DNA of 32,000 nt from Acaryochloris marina MBIC11017 (GCF_000018105.1 NC_009925.1:3840001-3872000); one strand, 5' to 3'. Positions 1-9,336 are shown, numbered from the stretch's first letter. Numbers and translations are program-made. The notes: generated by a model from the letters alone, not told the origin.

Positions 1-593
1 CAATATTCGGCTGAATCGTAGAGATACACTTTGGCTCGATTAAAAAGCTTGGATAAATCTTCGACATAGCTATCGACCACCATCACGTTGCAAACCTGCT
101 GCAAGGCTGGAATCAGCTCCTGTAATAGATAAGTTGAAGATTTCCGGGCTTGCACCAATACATCAATATTCCGGTCCAGATTTAAGTTCTGAAAATTGTC
201 TGAAATTTGGTTGGGTAAGTAGTACAGCAGGGAATGGGGCGATCGCTGTCCCCAATAGCCCAAGGTATTTCGACTGACGGTAATAATAGGAACCCTGGCA
301 GGTAGAGTAAAGCCATAGCCTGAGCTATGGGCATGGTAAATCACGTTATAGTCGATTAACTGTTGCGCCAGTTGCCCCACATCGAAGCCCCAGCTAATCA
401 CCAAAATGGCTTGATCGAGGGGTTGATTGAGTAAATCAGCTAGGAATAGAGTGTCAGGCTCCCGCTGTTTGTAGGTGACTACCTCTGCCGAACAGATCTG
501 CTGGGCCAATTTCAAGGTTTTCAGTTCGGCCCAAAGGCCACCGCAGGCATACTTACCGCCTAACCCTGGAACCAGAAAATATAACTTGCGCAT
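1..593 (-). CDS. Conserved hypothetical protein, N-terminal 197 codons (truncated by window edge); possibly glycosyltransferase-like
   Basis: Hand translation of the minus strand from ATG (591-593) runs without a stop to position 1: MRKLYFLVPGLGGKYACGGLWAELKTLKLAQQICSAEVVTYKQ... It is missing from the ORF track only because it is truncated. The function guess is weak. Confidence 0.6.
   Translation of the reverse strand, partial: MRKLYFLVPGLGGKYACGGLWAELKTLKLAQQICSAEVVTYKQREPDTLFLADLLNQPLDQAILVISWGFDVGQLAQQLIDYNVIYHAHSSGYGFTLPARVPIITVSRNTLGYWGQRSPHSLLYYLPNQISDNFQNLNLDRNIDVLVQARKSSTYLLQELIPALQQVCNVMVVDSYVEDLSKLFNRAKVYLYDSAEY
239..246. repeat. HIP1 octamer palindrome GCGATCGC (representative of at least 17 copies)
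   Basis: By-eye scan found exact GCGATCGC starting at 239, 872, 2164, 5521, 6171, 6631, 7453, 8785, 10095, 17565, 17788, 20799, 21150, 26300, 29406, 29819 and 31016. About 0.5 copies are expected by chance in 32 kb. This is the classic cyanobacterial highly iterated palindrome. Confidence 0.9.
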
Positions 594-693
594 ACCTCAA
601 GCCTGTCGACTAGAGATAGTGTAAGCCGCCAATGCTGAAATTGAACGCTGGATATTAAGATTAGAGAGTTCTGCAAGCCGTCCCTATTTCCCC

Positions 694-1311
694 ATGCAAC
701 CTCGCCGAATTGCCCGTGAATTGGCACTTTTAAGTATTGGTCAATTGCCTAGCAATTCCGATCGCCTCGCCAACCAAGATTTGCAAGCTGTGATGATTAC
801 GGCGGTACGGACCCTGGTGGCTGAAGTGCAAGAAGCACTAGAAACGGCAAGTGCTGAACTAAAACGGGGTAGCGATCGCATCCTCGATAGCGAACTCAAA
901 GCCATTGATGTGCAGAGTTCGCGGGCGATGGTCACCGAAGCCATTGACCTCACCAAAACAGCCGTCAACCGCTTAGGGCTAGCGATTGACTTTCCCGAAT
1001 TTATCCAGCTGGCCAATCAACAGTCAGTCCGAGACTACACCCTCGACTTAATTGGAGCCGTTCACCATCATCGTGACGAAATTGACCAAATCCTAGAAAC
1101 ATCCTTGGTAGATTGGCAGCTCCATCGATTAGCCCATATCGATGCCAATTTGTTGCGGTTGGCCGTTGCTGAAATGAAGTATTTGGATATTCCCAATCAA
1201 GTAGCGATTAACGAATCTGTCGAGCTGGCCAAAAAATATAGCGCCGAAGAGGGTCATCGCTTTATTAATGGTGTTTTGCGGCGGGTAACCCGTCAGATCG
1301 CGGTACCTTAA
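694..1311 (+). CDS. nusB: Transcription antitermination factor NusB
   Basis: 205-aa ORF with ATG start. It has a NusB-like N-terminus (RRIARELALLSIGQL) and C-terminus (AKKYSAEEGHRFINGVLRRV). The nusB-ftsY order is typical of cyanobacteria. Confidence 0.9.
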   Translation: MQPRRIARELALLSIGQLPSNSDRLANQDLQAVMITAVRTLVAEVQEALETASAELKRGSDRILDSELKAIDVQSSRAMVTEAIDLTKTAVNRLGLAIDFPEFIQLANQQSVRDYTLDLIGAVHHHRDEIDQILETSLVDWQLHRLAHIDANLLRLAVAEMKYLDIPNQVAINESVELAKKYSAEEGHRFINGVLRRVTRQIAVP

Positions 1312-1365
1312 TATGCGGTAGGTTGAAATCAAATCCGCCCCCATCGTTTCGTTTAGGAAAAGGTC

Positions 1366-2871
1366 ATGGTTTTTAATTGGTTTCGTCGCCAATTTAATAA
1401 GGAAGAAGCTGAGGAGCAAGATACACCACCTGCAGTGGAAGCGGAGCAAGATGCCCCCAGCGACGACAGTGAAGATAGCGACGATGCCGAAGAGACCAGT
1501 GAAGCTGAAGATTATCGCAGTTGGGCCGAGACAGCCTTCCAAAAGATCCAAGAGCGACAGCAAGAAACTACTGCTGAGACCGTTGCACCAGCCGTCGATG
1601 CTAAAAGTACCTCAACAGATGAAGTAATCGTTTCCCCAGACGTCGAGGTAGAGAGCTCCGCAGTAGCTGAGGTCACCCCAGAAGCTGACCCTGAGCCTTC
1701 TCCAGAGGCCACCTCCACCACGGCTGAAATCGAGGAAATTGATGCAGTCGCACCCGAGGTTGCCTCTTCTCCTGAGCCGATTGCAGCAACTCCAGCACCG
1801 GTTGCAAAAACTGAATCGCCTAGCCAAACCTCCCCTCCCGCCAAACCTTCTCCCTCAGATCTGCAGTTTGATGAAGGGTTTTTATGGTCTGCGGAAGTAT
1901 TAGCAGCCCAGGGCCGTCGTCCTGAAGAAGTCTCCGTTGAAGAGATTTCCTGGCTGCAAAAGCTGCGCCAAGGACTAGGCAAAACACGACGGGGTTTAGC
2001 CAACCAACTCAAATCGGTGGTAGGCCAAGGCCCGTTGAATGCCGATGCGGTGATGGCAATTGAGTCATTATTGCTGCAGGCAGATGTGGGGATTTCGGCG
2101 ACAGATAAATTAATCGAAGCCTTGCAGACCAAAGTTCGGGAAGAAACCCTGCCCCCGGATGCTGCGATCGCATATCTCAAAGAGATTATGCAGGATATCC
2201 TCGATGCCCCAACCCAAAAGAACTACAGTCCTAACTTTGCCCCCAAACGGGAGGGAATGAATATCTGGTTAATGACCGGGGTCAACGGCGCCGGTAAAAC
2301 CACGACTATCGGCAAACTAGCTCATATTTCTAAGGAGTCGGGGTACGACTGTCTGATTGCAGCTGCCGACACCTTCAGAGCTGCAGCCGTCGAACAAGTA
2401 AAGGTGTGGGGACAGCGTAGCAATGTCGATGTGATTGCGAATCCTGGTCAAAATACAGACCCTGCTGCTGTCGTCTTCGATGCCATTACTGCCGCCCAAA
2501 AGCGCAATATTGATCTGTTGCTGGTGGACACAGCCGGGCGCCTCCAGAATAAGAAGAACCTGATGGATGAACTCAACAAAGTTCGACGGATTGTCAGCAA
2601 GAAAGCCCCAGATGCTCATATCGAGTCCCTGTTGGTGCTGGATGCCACTTTGGGCCAAAACGGGTTGCGACAAGCCCAGGTCTTTTCCGAGGCGGCTGAA
2701 TTAACGGGAGTCGTACTGACCAAACTGGATGGCTCTGCTAAAGGTGGGGTTGCTCTAGCGGTGGTTCAGGAGTTAGGTCTGCCCATTCGATTTATAGGTG
2801 CAGGCGAAGGCATTACGGACTTGCGCCCCTTTTCTAGCTATGAATTTGTCGAGGCACTCCTGAGCACCTAG
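1366..2871 (+). CDS. ftsY: Signal recognition particle receptor FtsY
   Basis: 501-aa ORF with a long acidic, Pro/Ala/Ser-rich A-domain. The NG domain carries GTPase motifs [24 protein letters not shown] and [10 protein letters not shown]. Confidence 0.95.
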   Translation: MVFNWFRRQFNKEEAEEQDTPPAVEAEQDAPSDDSEDSDDAEETSEAEDYRSWAETAFQKIQERQQETTAETVAPAVDAKSTSTDEVIVSPDVEVESSAVAEVTPEADPEPSPEATSTTAEIEEIDAVAPEVASSPEPIAATPAPVAKTESPSQTSPPAKPSPSDLQFDEGFLWSAEVLAAQGRRPEEVSVEEISWLQKLRQGLGKTRRGLANQLKSVVGQGPLNADAVMAIESLLLQADVGISATDKLIEALQTKVREETLPPDAAIAYLKEIMQDILDAPTQKNYSPNFAPKREGMNIWLMTGVNGAGKTTTIGKLAHISKESGYDCLIAAADTFRAAAVEQVKVWGQRSNVDVIANPGQNTDPAAVVFDAITAAQKRNIDLLLVDTAGRLQNKKNLMDELNKVRRIVSKKAPDAHIESLLVLDATLGQNGLRQAQVFSEAAELTGVVLTKLDGSAKGGVALAVVQELGLPIRFIGAGEGITDLRPFSSYEFVEALLST

Positions 2872-2982
2872 TCTTTTTTGATCTATAAAAAAAATGCTTC
2901 ATAGTTTCATTGCCCCATCTTGATGCCAGAGCTCCTTCAAAAATGGTTGGCAATCTCACCAGAAGTGCGCTATACCAGATTG

Positions 2983-3020
2983 AAGAAAACAACTGATATT
3001 GGTCATGTTGTTTTCTTTTT
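2983..3020 (+). terminator. Rho-independent terminator candidate downstream of ftsY
   Basis: Stem GAAAACAAC (2985-2993) pairs with GTTGTTTTC (3007-3015), extendable to 11 bp. The loop is 13 nt and is followed by TTTTT (3016-3020). It lies about 113 nt after the ftsY stop. Confidence 0.55.
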
Positions 3021-3300
3021 AGGAGTGGTATCACAATTTTCGCAGTTATTCTTGGTGGGTTCCTGATAATTGCTACAGTTCACAGCAATTTCAGAAGCGT
3101 TTAGCAATGTAGATAGATTATTCTTCTAAAGAGAAAGTGTATCGGAGTATACTGTTACATCCCTAGTACTTGTCTATTTTTCTTTAGTTAGAGTGCAACT
3201 GCCCAAAGGGTTGACAAGAGTGCTAAGCTTACTGGGCATAACTATCAATAAGTAACGCAACACTCGTTTTCCCCTACGATACTGGCTTGTATTTGCCTTT

Positions 3301-4725
3301 ATGTCTCGAGTTCCACTTCCAAACCAACCTTCCCAATCTTTGGATTTAGACTATCCAGGGGTGGCGACAAACGTGGCAACTGTGACAGCGCTGCAAGAGC
3401 TTGTTTCCCATCTCCGTCGAGAACAGGCAAAAGCGCAAGATTTATTGAGTTCCCTAAGCTTTTCGTTAAGGAGCTTTAATAATCTCAATCAGTTCCTCGC
3501 CTTAATTCCTCTAATTGTTAGCCGTGTGACCGATGCGGATGCTGCCGCTTTAATTTTGTTTCGTCCTAATGGACAAGTCTCTTTAGAGCAGCTTTACTGC
3601 CACGAAGGACAGCAATGTCGAAATATTCGCTTAGCCCTAGAAAATGTGACCCGTCAGTTTACGGTTAATGGTTCTCCTGCTAAGCAACCGAACCTAGTTC
3701 TAGAACAACAGCTGGGCCATCTTTTGGGCACAAACTATCAGTGGTTTAGTACCGCTATTTTAGTCCGAAATTTTGAACTCCATGAGCGCGGTCGGCTGTA
3801 CCTGTTTAGCAGCAATCCTGACTATGAATGGACTGAAACGCGGCAAAAGCTGGCTCAATTAGTTGCGGATCAAACGGCGGTTGCCATTGAAAATGACACC
3901 CTGACCACCCAACTCCGTAAGCAAGAGCGGATTACCCGTGAGCTAGAGATTGGGGCAGAGATTCAAGCTCGCTTATTACCCAACTATTCTCCCAAAATTG
4001 AAGGTGTTGCCCTAGCGGCCACCTGTCAAACCGCCAATCAGGTGGGGGGAGATTATTACGACTTTATTCCGATTTATCGACAGTTACCGACCTCCCGCCA
4101 ATATCGCCTCAACCAGGCCGATCGTTGGGGGCTGGTCATTGGTGATGTCATGGGTAAAGGCGTCCCTGCTGGGCTGATTATGACCATGACCCGCGGTATT
4201 TTGCGGGCAGATGCGTTGCATCATCACTCTCCAGCTGAGATTTTGAAAAATCTCAATCAGGTCATGTATGCCGATTTAGAAAATTCTAATCGGTTTGTGA
4301 CGCTGTTTTATTCAGAATATGACCCTAAGACTCGTCAACTAAGCTTTAGTAACGCGGCTCATAATCCGCCGTTGCTGTGGCGCGCTCGGGAAAATGTGAT
4401 TGAGCGTTTAGATACAGACGGTATGCTGATTGGCCTAGATGCCAATACCGAGTATCAGGAGGATAAGGTTACTCTCTCTCCAGGGGATACGATTATCTAC
4501 TATACCGATGGCTTTACGGATGCTGCCGGTCCCAATGGTGATCGCTTCGATGAAGAGAACTTAATTGCGGTGTTTCAAGAAGCTTGCCACACCTGCCATG
4601 GCCCGCAAGAGATTCTGGATTACCTATTTGAGCGCTTGCAAGCTTTTATGGGTGAGCGCAACCAAAGTGGTGATGATGTAACCCTGATCGTCATGCAAAT
4701 CACACCCATGTTGATGACGTTTTAA
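3301..4725 (+). CDS. GAF domain-containing PP2C-type (SpoIIE/RsbU-like) serine phosphatase
   Basis: 474-aa ORF. The C-terminal half has PPM/SpoIIE hallmarks: IGAEIQARLLP, GGDYYDF, GDVMGKGVPAGLIM, YYTDGFTDA and DDVTLIVM. The N-terminal half is GAF-like. Confidence 0.85.
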   Translation: MSRVPLPNQPSQSLDLDYPGVATNVATVTALQELVSHLRREQAKAQDLLSSLSFSLRSFNNLNQFLALIPLIVSRVTDADAAALILFRPNGQVSLEQLYCHEGQQCRNIRLALENVTRQFTVNGSPAKQPNLVLEQQLGHLLGTNYQWFSTAILVRNFELHERGRLYLFSSNPDYEWTETRQKLAQLVADQTAVAIENDTLTTQLRKQERITRELEIGAEIQARLLPNYSPKIEGVALAATCQTANQVGGDYYDFIPIYRQLPTSRQYRLNQADRWGLVIGDVMGKGVPAGLIMTMTRGILRADALHHHSPAEILKNLNQVMYADLENSNRFVTLFYSEYDPKTRQLSFSNAAHNPPLLWRARENVIERLDTDGMLIGLDANTEYQEDKVTLSPGDTIIYYTDGFTDAAGPNGDRFDEENLIAVFQEACHTCHGPQEILDYLFERLQAFMGERNQSGDDVTLIVMQITPMLMTF

Positions 4726-4848
4726 GAGCGCCGCTTGAGTTTTAACATTCCTTCTAGGGATGTTAGGGGGTGTTGCATAAATGGTAACTCACCCAATAGC
4801 GAGGTTGAAACCCACCATAATCAGGGCAATGTAACATTTGTCAGGGTT

Positions 4849-5760
4849 ATGACAGTAGAACACAAACGCTTTACTGCACCTTTGTGGGGAACGGTAGTCG
4901 GAGCTGTGCTCTTGGCTAGCTGCTCAACGCCAATGACTGAGACCGTTTCGGAGTCGGGTGAAGCACCCCAAGCGGCCCAGTCAGAGTTAGCTGACCTCAG
5001 TAATAATGTGTCTGCACCTGCGGATGCTGCTCCACCGAAAGCTGAGCCGCAACTGATTAAGCGGGCCAATATGACCCTACGGGTTGAAAAAGTAGCCCCG
5101 GCCCTCAAGGCAGTCGCCAAAATTGTCAAAACACAACAAGGTGATGTGGTGGGCCTGCAGGATCAAGTGCCTCCAGATGAGTCAGTGCGTCATCAGGCAT
5201 CTATGGAATTGCGCATCCCCCAGACTAAATTAGAGGCCACCCTGGAGCAGTTAGCCCAGATTGGCAAGGTACAGAACCGTTCGATTGAAGCGGAAGATGT
5301 GTCTACTCAACTGGTAGATTTTCAAGCCCGGCTCAAAAATCTTCGCAAGTCAGAAGAAGTGGTGTTGAAGATTATGGATCGATCTGGCTCTGTGGCGGAT
5401 GTTCTCAAAGTTTCGCAAGAGCTGAAAACAATTCGCCAACAGATTGAACAAATCGATGCTCAGGTGAAACGGTTACAGGCACAAGTCGCCTATTCAACAG
5501 TGAATCTCAGTTTGGAATCTGCGATCGCAACTACGCCACCCCAAGCTTCCCTCGGCGAACGCCTCCAAGAAGCTTGGTCCCAGTCTACCCATGCGGTAGT
5601 CAATCTCACCTTTGGCATCCTGGGGTTTCTGGTGTGGGTTGTGGTCTTTTTGCCTTACATTCTTGGCCTAGTCTTGGTGCAATTTGTGGTTAAACGGTTG
5701 ATACAGCGCCGGAGTAACGGAACCGTGACAGCCGCCAATAACGAGTCCATTAGTGGGTAA
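4849..5760 (+). CDS. DUF4349-like lipoprotein with coiled-coil region and C-terminal TM helices
   Basis: The ATG at 4849 gives MTVEHKRFTAPLWGTVVGAVLLASCSTP, with a lipobox-like LLASC. The track start at 4735 is a TTG and is simply the first start-like codon in the same frame after the upstream stop. The central region is a coiled coil and the C-terminus is hydrophobic. The family name is from memory. Confidence 0.7.
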   Translation: MTVEHKRFTAPLWGTVVGAVLLASCSTPMTETVSESGEAPQAAQSELADLSNNVSAPADAAPPKAEPQLIKRANMTLRVEKVAPALKAVAKIVKTQQGDVVGLQDQVPPDESVRHQASMELRIPQTKLEATLEQLAQIGKVQNRSIEAEDVSTQLVDFQARLKNLRKSEEVVLKIMDRSGSVADVLKVSQELKTIRQQIEQIDAQVKRLQAQVAYSTVNLSLESAIATTPPQASLGERLQEAWSQSTHAVVNLTFGILGFLVWVVVFLPYILGLVLVQFVVKRLIQRRSNGTVTAANNESISG

Positions 5761-7060
5761 GGGAGGCAATGGATTTAGGAACAGCGGCCGTGAGAACCTC
5801 ATGACCTGTTTCTGTGAGCAGCACATCATCCTCAATGCGAATCCCAATTCCTCGCCATCGCTCGGGTACTTCTGGCTGATCTTCGTCTAGTTGAATATCG
5901 GGACCGATGTAAATGCCAGGTTCTACCGTCACAACATGTCCGGCTTGTAATGGCTGCCATGTGTCCTTATCCTTTTTGTAGACGCCCACATCATGGACAT
6001 CTAGCCCCAACCAATGGCCTGTGCGGTGCATGTAAAAGGGTTTATATTTTTCTTCTTCAATCAGCTTATCGACCTCGCCTTTGAGTAAGCCCAGATCGAC
6101 TAAGCCTTGGGTCAGGACTTTGACCGCTGCGTCGTGGAAGGCGTTGTAAGGATTGCCCGGTTGCACTTGTGCGATCGCAGCTTCTTGCGCAGCTAAAACT
6201 AACTCATACAGGGTCTTTTGCTCTGCCGTAAATGTCCCACTGACGGGAAAGGTGCGGGTAATATCGGCGTTGTAATACTGATAACTGCAGCCTGCATCAA
6301 TCAACAGTAAATCTTGCTCCTGGAGCTGGCAGGTATTTTCCGTGTAGTGCAAAATGCAGCCATTGACCCCCGCTGCCACAATGGAAGGATAGGCGGGGCC
6401 TAAGCCACCTCGTAAACGAAACAACCGTTCCATCTCTGCTTGGATTTCATATTCATAGCGGCCAGGTTGGGCGACTTCTCGGGCTAAATTATGCGCTTCG
6501 ACAGAAATATCAATAGCCTTACGCATCAAATCTAGTTCAGTCTCACTTTTAATCAGCCGCTGAGGATGGAGCACTGTCATGGGATCTTCTAGGGCAACAG
6601 GACCAAACCCATCCTTGCGGACTTTGATCAGCGATCGCTGCCAGTGCTTCAAAATCGTTTGATTAAAGGGCTGATCTAATCCCAGATGAAAGTAAATCCG
6701 ATCGGCACCTGCTAGATATTGGGGTAGATGTTCATCCAGCTCCTCAATGGGATACACGGCATCGGCCCCATATTCTTCTTTTGCGAGATCGACCCCTACT
6801 CGATACCCTGTCCACGTCTCCATCAACGGATCTTTAGGTTGCACAAACAGCACAAACTGGTGCTCTTCATGGTGGGGAGCTAGCACGGCCACTGCATTGG
6901 GCTCGTTAAACCCCGTCAAGTAGAAAAAGTCACTTTCTTGTCGGAAGTTATATTCCACATCACTATGCATCACCGCCATCGGGGCACTACGAAAAATTCC
7001 GGCCCCCGACCCCATGGCTTCCATCAGGTTTTGGCGGCGTTGGCGATATTCTGCTTGCAT
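5750..7060 (-). CDS. pepP: Xaa-Pro aminopeptidase (M24B family)
   Basis: 436-aa ORF with an AMP_N-like N-terminus. M24 metal-ligand context is present: LLLIDAGCSYQYYNADITRTFP, HRTGHWLGLDVHD, VTVEPGIY and GIRIEDD. Confidence 0.9.
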   Translation of the reverse strand: MQAEYRQRRQNLMEAMGSGAGIFRSAPMAVMHSDVEYNFRQESDFFYLTGFNEPNAVAVLAPHHEEHQFVLFVQPKDPLMETWTGYRVGVDLAKEEYGADAVYPIEELDEHLPQYLAGADRIYFHLGLDQPFNQTILKHWQRSLIKVRKDGFGPVALEDPMTVLHPQRLIKSETELDLMRKAIDISVEAHNLAREVAQPGRYEYEIQAEMERLFRLRGGLGPAYPSIVAAGVNGCILHYTENTCQLQEQDLLLIDAGCSYQYYNADITRTFPVSGTFTAEQKTLYELVLAAQEAAIAQVQPGNPYNAFHDAAVKVLTQGLVDLGLLKGEVDKLIEEEKYKPFYMHRTGHWLGLDVHDVGVYKKDKDTWQPLQAGHVVTVEPGIYIGPDIQLDEDQPEVPERWRGIGIRIEDDVLLTETGHEVLTAAVPKSIASLTH

Positions 7061-7166
7061 AAGACGTTCAATCAGGCTGACGAGCTTCTCTACTTATTGT
7101 GCAGCAAATTGCCTTAGAGAGCGTTGCGTTCCTGATTTTGGGTGGCCTAGTTGGTGTGATTTAGCG

Positions 7167-7568
7167 TTAGCGACTAGTGCAGACCCAACGAGTAATTTTA
7201 CAGTTAGGACCAAATTGTCTACAGGACTGCAATGCAAAGGATTCAGCAGTAGGTCGATCGACCCCCCAACCTGAACCTGCAGAATTGTCTGGGGTCTGTG
7301 CTAAGGCTCCACAAGCATTTTGGAACACAACTAGAGACTTACAATCTCCTGTGCCTGAATAGTTTTCACAGTAACGGAGTGCTGCATTTTGGGCCGCCTG
7401 AGCAGTTGAATAATCATAGGAATATCCATGACTACCTGTCGCTGTAGAGTATGCGATCGCACCATAATTATTGCCATTGGCTGATGCTGGCTGGACGGCC
7501 ACGAGACTAACCGTTGGCATGCTAAAAGCCGTGACCATCAATACTTGAGCAAGTTTAGAATGAATCAT
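7167..7568 (-). CDS. Secreted DUF4189-like protein
   Basis: 133-aa ORF with a signal peptide (MIHSKLAQVLMVTAFSMPTVSLVAVQPASA). It shows the pattern YGAIAYS..G..GYSY....A...AL..C......C...V.F.NACGALA. The family name is from memory. Confidence 0.7.
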   Translation of the reverse strand: MIHSKLAQVLMVTAFSMPTVSLVAVQPASANGNNYGAIAYSTATGSHGYSYDYSTAQAAQNAALRYCENYSGTGDCKSLVVFQNACGALAQTPDNSAGSGWGVDRPTAESFALQSCRQFGPNCKITRWVCTSR

Positions 7569-7861
7569 TAATCCCCCACGATGGTTTTTCAGTGAATAAA
7601 AAGTATGTATAAATCGCGTTATTGTTAGACCTTAGTTCGCCCAACCTGCGATTACAGACCTTGCAATAGGCTGCAGATCTAGGGTTCCCTTTCCGGTCTT
7701 CTGATCCGAAGTCTTGATGGATCTGCATTTGAGGGAAGGCTAGTTGGGGTCTTATAGTGAGTAGGTAAGCGTGAGAGTCCGTCAGGGTGTATGAGAGGTG
7801 TAGCCTCCTGTCTGTCCATAGTGCTCTGGTTTACAGGACAGTCAATGGACAACTCAAAAAA

Positions 7862-8698
7862 ATGGATCCACTCAGTTTAGGACTATTTGCAGTCTTGGGT
7901 ATTGCAGCGGGAACCTTAGCCGGACTGTTGGGAATTGGGGGAGGCATGTTGATTGTGCCTGGGTTGTTTTACCTGTTTGATTTGATTCAACTGCCCCAAG
8001 AATCCCTGATGCATATGGCGGCGGGTAGCTCTATGTGCATTATGATCTGCACCGCTGCGTCTTCGACCTGGGCACACCATCGCCAAGAGCATATTCAATG
8101 GTCTATTTTTCGCACCATTATTGCGGGGATTGCTGTGGGTGTGGTGAGTGGTAATTTACTGGCCAATCGGATGCCAACCCAACTTCTAGAGTTGATTTTT
8201 GGCATCTTTCTGTTGGTGGTTTCTACCAAAATATTTTTTGAGAAAAAATCTGAGGACGCAGAAGAGCAAACGGTGGGTGCCCCTGGCATCGTGCCTACTA
8301 GTGCAGTAGGTATGGTGATTGGGTTTAAGTCAGGTGTATTGGGGATTGGCGGCGGTGCCCTGAGTGTCCCGTTTCTCCTCTATTGTGGCCTGCCTATGAA
8401 AAAAGCGAGTGGGACGTCTGCCTCTTTCACGTTACCCATCGCCATTGTGGGAACCCTTTCATTTTTGCTATTGAGCGGGAATCAAACGGCCATTCCCTGG
8501 TCAACGGGATATGTCTATTGGCCTGCAGTATTGTTAGTGGCCCCGTTTACAATGCTGGGGGCACCGATAGGGGCTAAATTTGCCGGTATCGTTGCTCCTG
8601 AAAAGCTGCGAACGATCTTTGCCGGATTATTACTGGTGATTAGTATGCGGATGTTGTCGGGGACAGGTTTAATTGCCTGGGATTTCCCGCTGGTCTAG
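7862..8698 (+). CDS. TSUP (TauE/SafE) family anion exporter
   Basis: This is a polytopic membrane protein with the repeated LLGIGGG / VLGIGGGAL motifs typical of TSUP. The ATG at 7862 (MDPLSLGLFAVLG...) begins right at TM1. The track start at 7787 is a GTG that adds 25 non-membrane residues. Confidence 0.8.
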   Translation: MDPLSLGLFAVLGIAAGTLAGLLGIGGGMLIVPGLFYLFDLIQLPQESLMHMAAGSSMCIMICTAASSTWAHHRQEHIQWSIFRTIIAGIAVGVVSGNLLANRMPTQLLELIFGIFLLVVSTKIFFEKKSEDAEEQTVGAPGIVPTSAVGMVIGFKSGVLGIGGGALSVPFLLYCGLPMKKASGTSASFTLPIAIVGTLSFLLLSGNQTAIPWSTGYVYWPAVLLVAPFTMLGAPIGAKFAGIVAPEKLRTIFAGLLLVISMRMLSGTGLIAWDFPLV

Positions 8699-8886
8699 CT
8701 TTGAGGCTAGATAGACTTCGCACCTATTAAATCCATTCATATCTGGGTTTGTAATTAATAGGTACAAAAAAAGAGTGAATCGCAGCGATCGCATCATTCA
8801 GCATGTAACCTGCAATTGATACGCTTGTGGATCTTCGCGAGCGCTGCGTGACACCCTTTAACAACAATTGGCTTGAACGACTAGAT

Positions 8887-9336
8887 TTAGGACAAACCTA
8901 GAACAGCATCAAAAGCAGACACAACGGCATCATACTCTTTAGCAGCAGTGGTGGAATTACGCTTAGCAGCAGCAGCATCTAGCTTGTTGAGGTGGTCAGC
9001 TAACAATTTGATGGTGCGACGACCACTCTTTTGTGTTGCAGCAGGCAATGAATCACCCAAACGACGAGAGAGGGGACCGAGCTCACCAAGGGGACCACGG
9101 ATAAAGGTGCGAACATTGTTCCAGTCGCCTTCAGAAACGTATCCTTCTAGCTCAGATAGGCGCCCATACAGTGGTTGTAGTCCTTCTGTATATTTAGAAG
9201 CTTGAGCAATAACAATTCCAGTATTAGACCCAGCTAAAGCAGTAGGGGCAATTGTGCTAAAACTTGTCAAAACAAGGGCAGTTGCAAAGGCAACGGCCAA
9301 TAGGGATTTACAAAATCGTTTAAAATTTAAGATCAT
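8887..9336 (-). CDS. psbQ: Photosystem II extrinsic protein PsbQ (CyanoQ)-like
   Basis: 149-aa ORF with an N-terminal signal sequence. It carries the PsbQ-family pattern W..V.TFI.GPLGEL ... LNKLDAAAAKRN...AKEYD..V.AFD.VL, recalled from Synechocystis CyanoQ. An AGAGGA Shine-Dalgarno-like element lies upstream of the ATG. Confidence 0.65.
   Translation of the reverse strand: MILNFKRFCKSLLAVAFATALVLTSFSTIAPTALAGSNTGIVIAQASKYTEGLQPLYGRLSELEGYVSEGDWNNVRTFIRGPLGELGPLSRRLGDSLPAATQKSGRRTIKLLADHLNKLDAAAAKRNSTTAAKEYDAVVSAFDAVLGLS

Noticed and set aside
1512-2180. 222-aa antisense ORF, plus 1129-1563 and 1612-1827, opposite nusB/ftsY
   Set aside because: It lies opposite the low-complexity acidic, Pro/Ala/Ser-rich A-domain of ftsY. 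The translation is low-complexity Ser/Ala/Gly-rich sequence with no motifs. Long antisense frames are expected opposite GC-rich, stop-poor repeats.
2923-3066. 47-codon plus-strand ORF (MPELLQKWLAISPEVRYTRLKKTTDIGHVVFFLGVVSQFSQLFLVGS)
   Set aside because: It contains the strong terminator-like hairpin and T-run at 2983-3020 within its coding region. It has no Shine-Dalgarno-like element and no recognisable family. The hairpin explanation is more economical.
4735-4848. N-terminal extensions implied by track start codons (4735 TTG, 7787 GTG, 21239 TTG, 22793, 23290 TTG, 21817 TTG)
   Set aside because: In each case a downstream ATG gives a canonical N-terminus, such as a lipoprotein signal, TM1 or a conserved family start. 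The upstream residues are featureless. The track simply reports the first start-like codon after the preceding in-frame stop.
8722-8763. 9-bp inverted repeat ACCTATTAA...TTAATAGGT between the convergent TSUP and psbQ genes, considered as a bidirectional terminator
   Set aside because: The adjacent homopolymer run is on the wrong side for either strand: an A-run after the hairpin on plus, and a T-run before it on minus. The loop is 24 nt.
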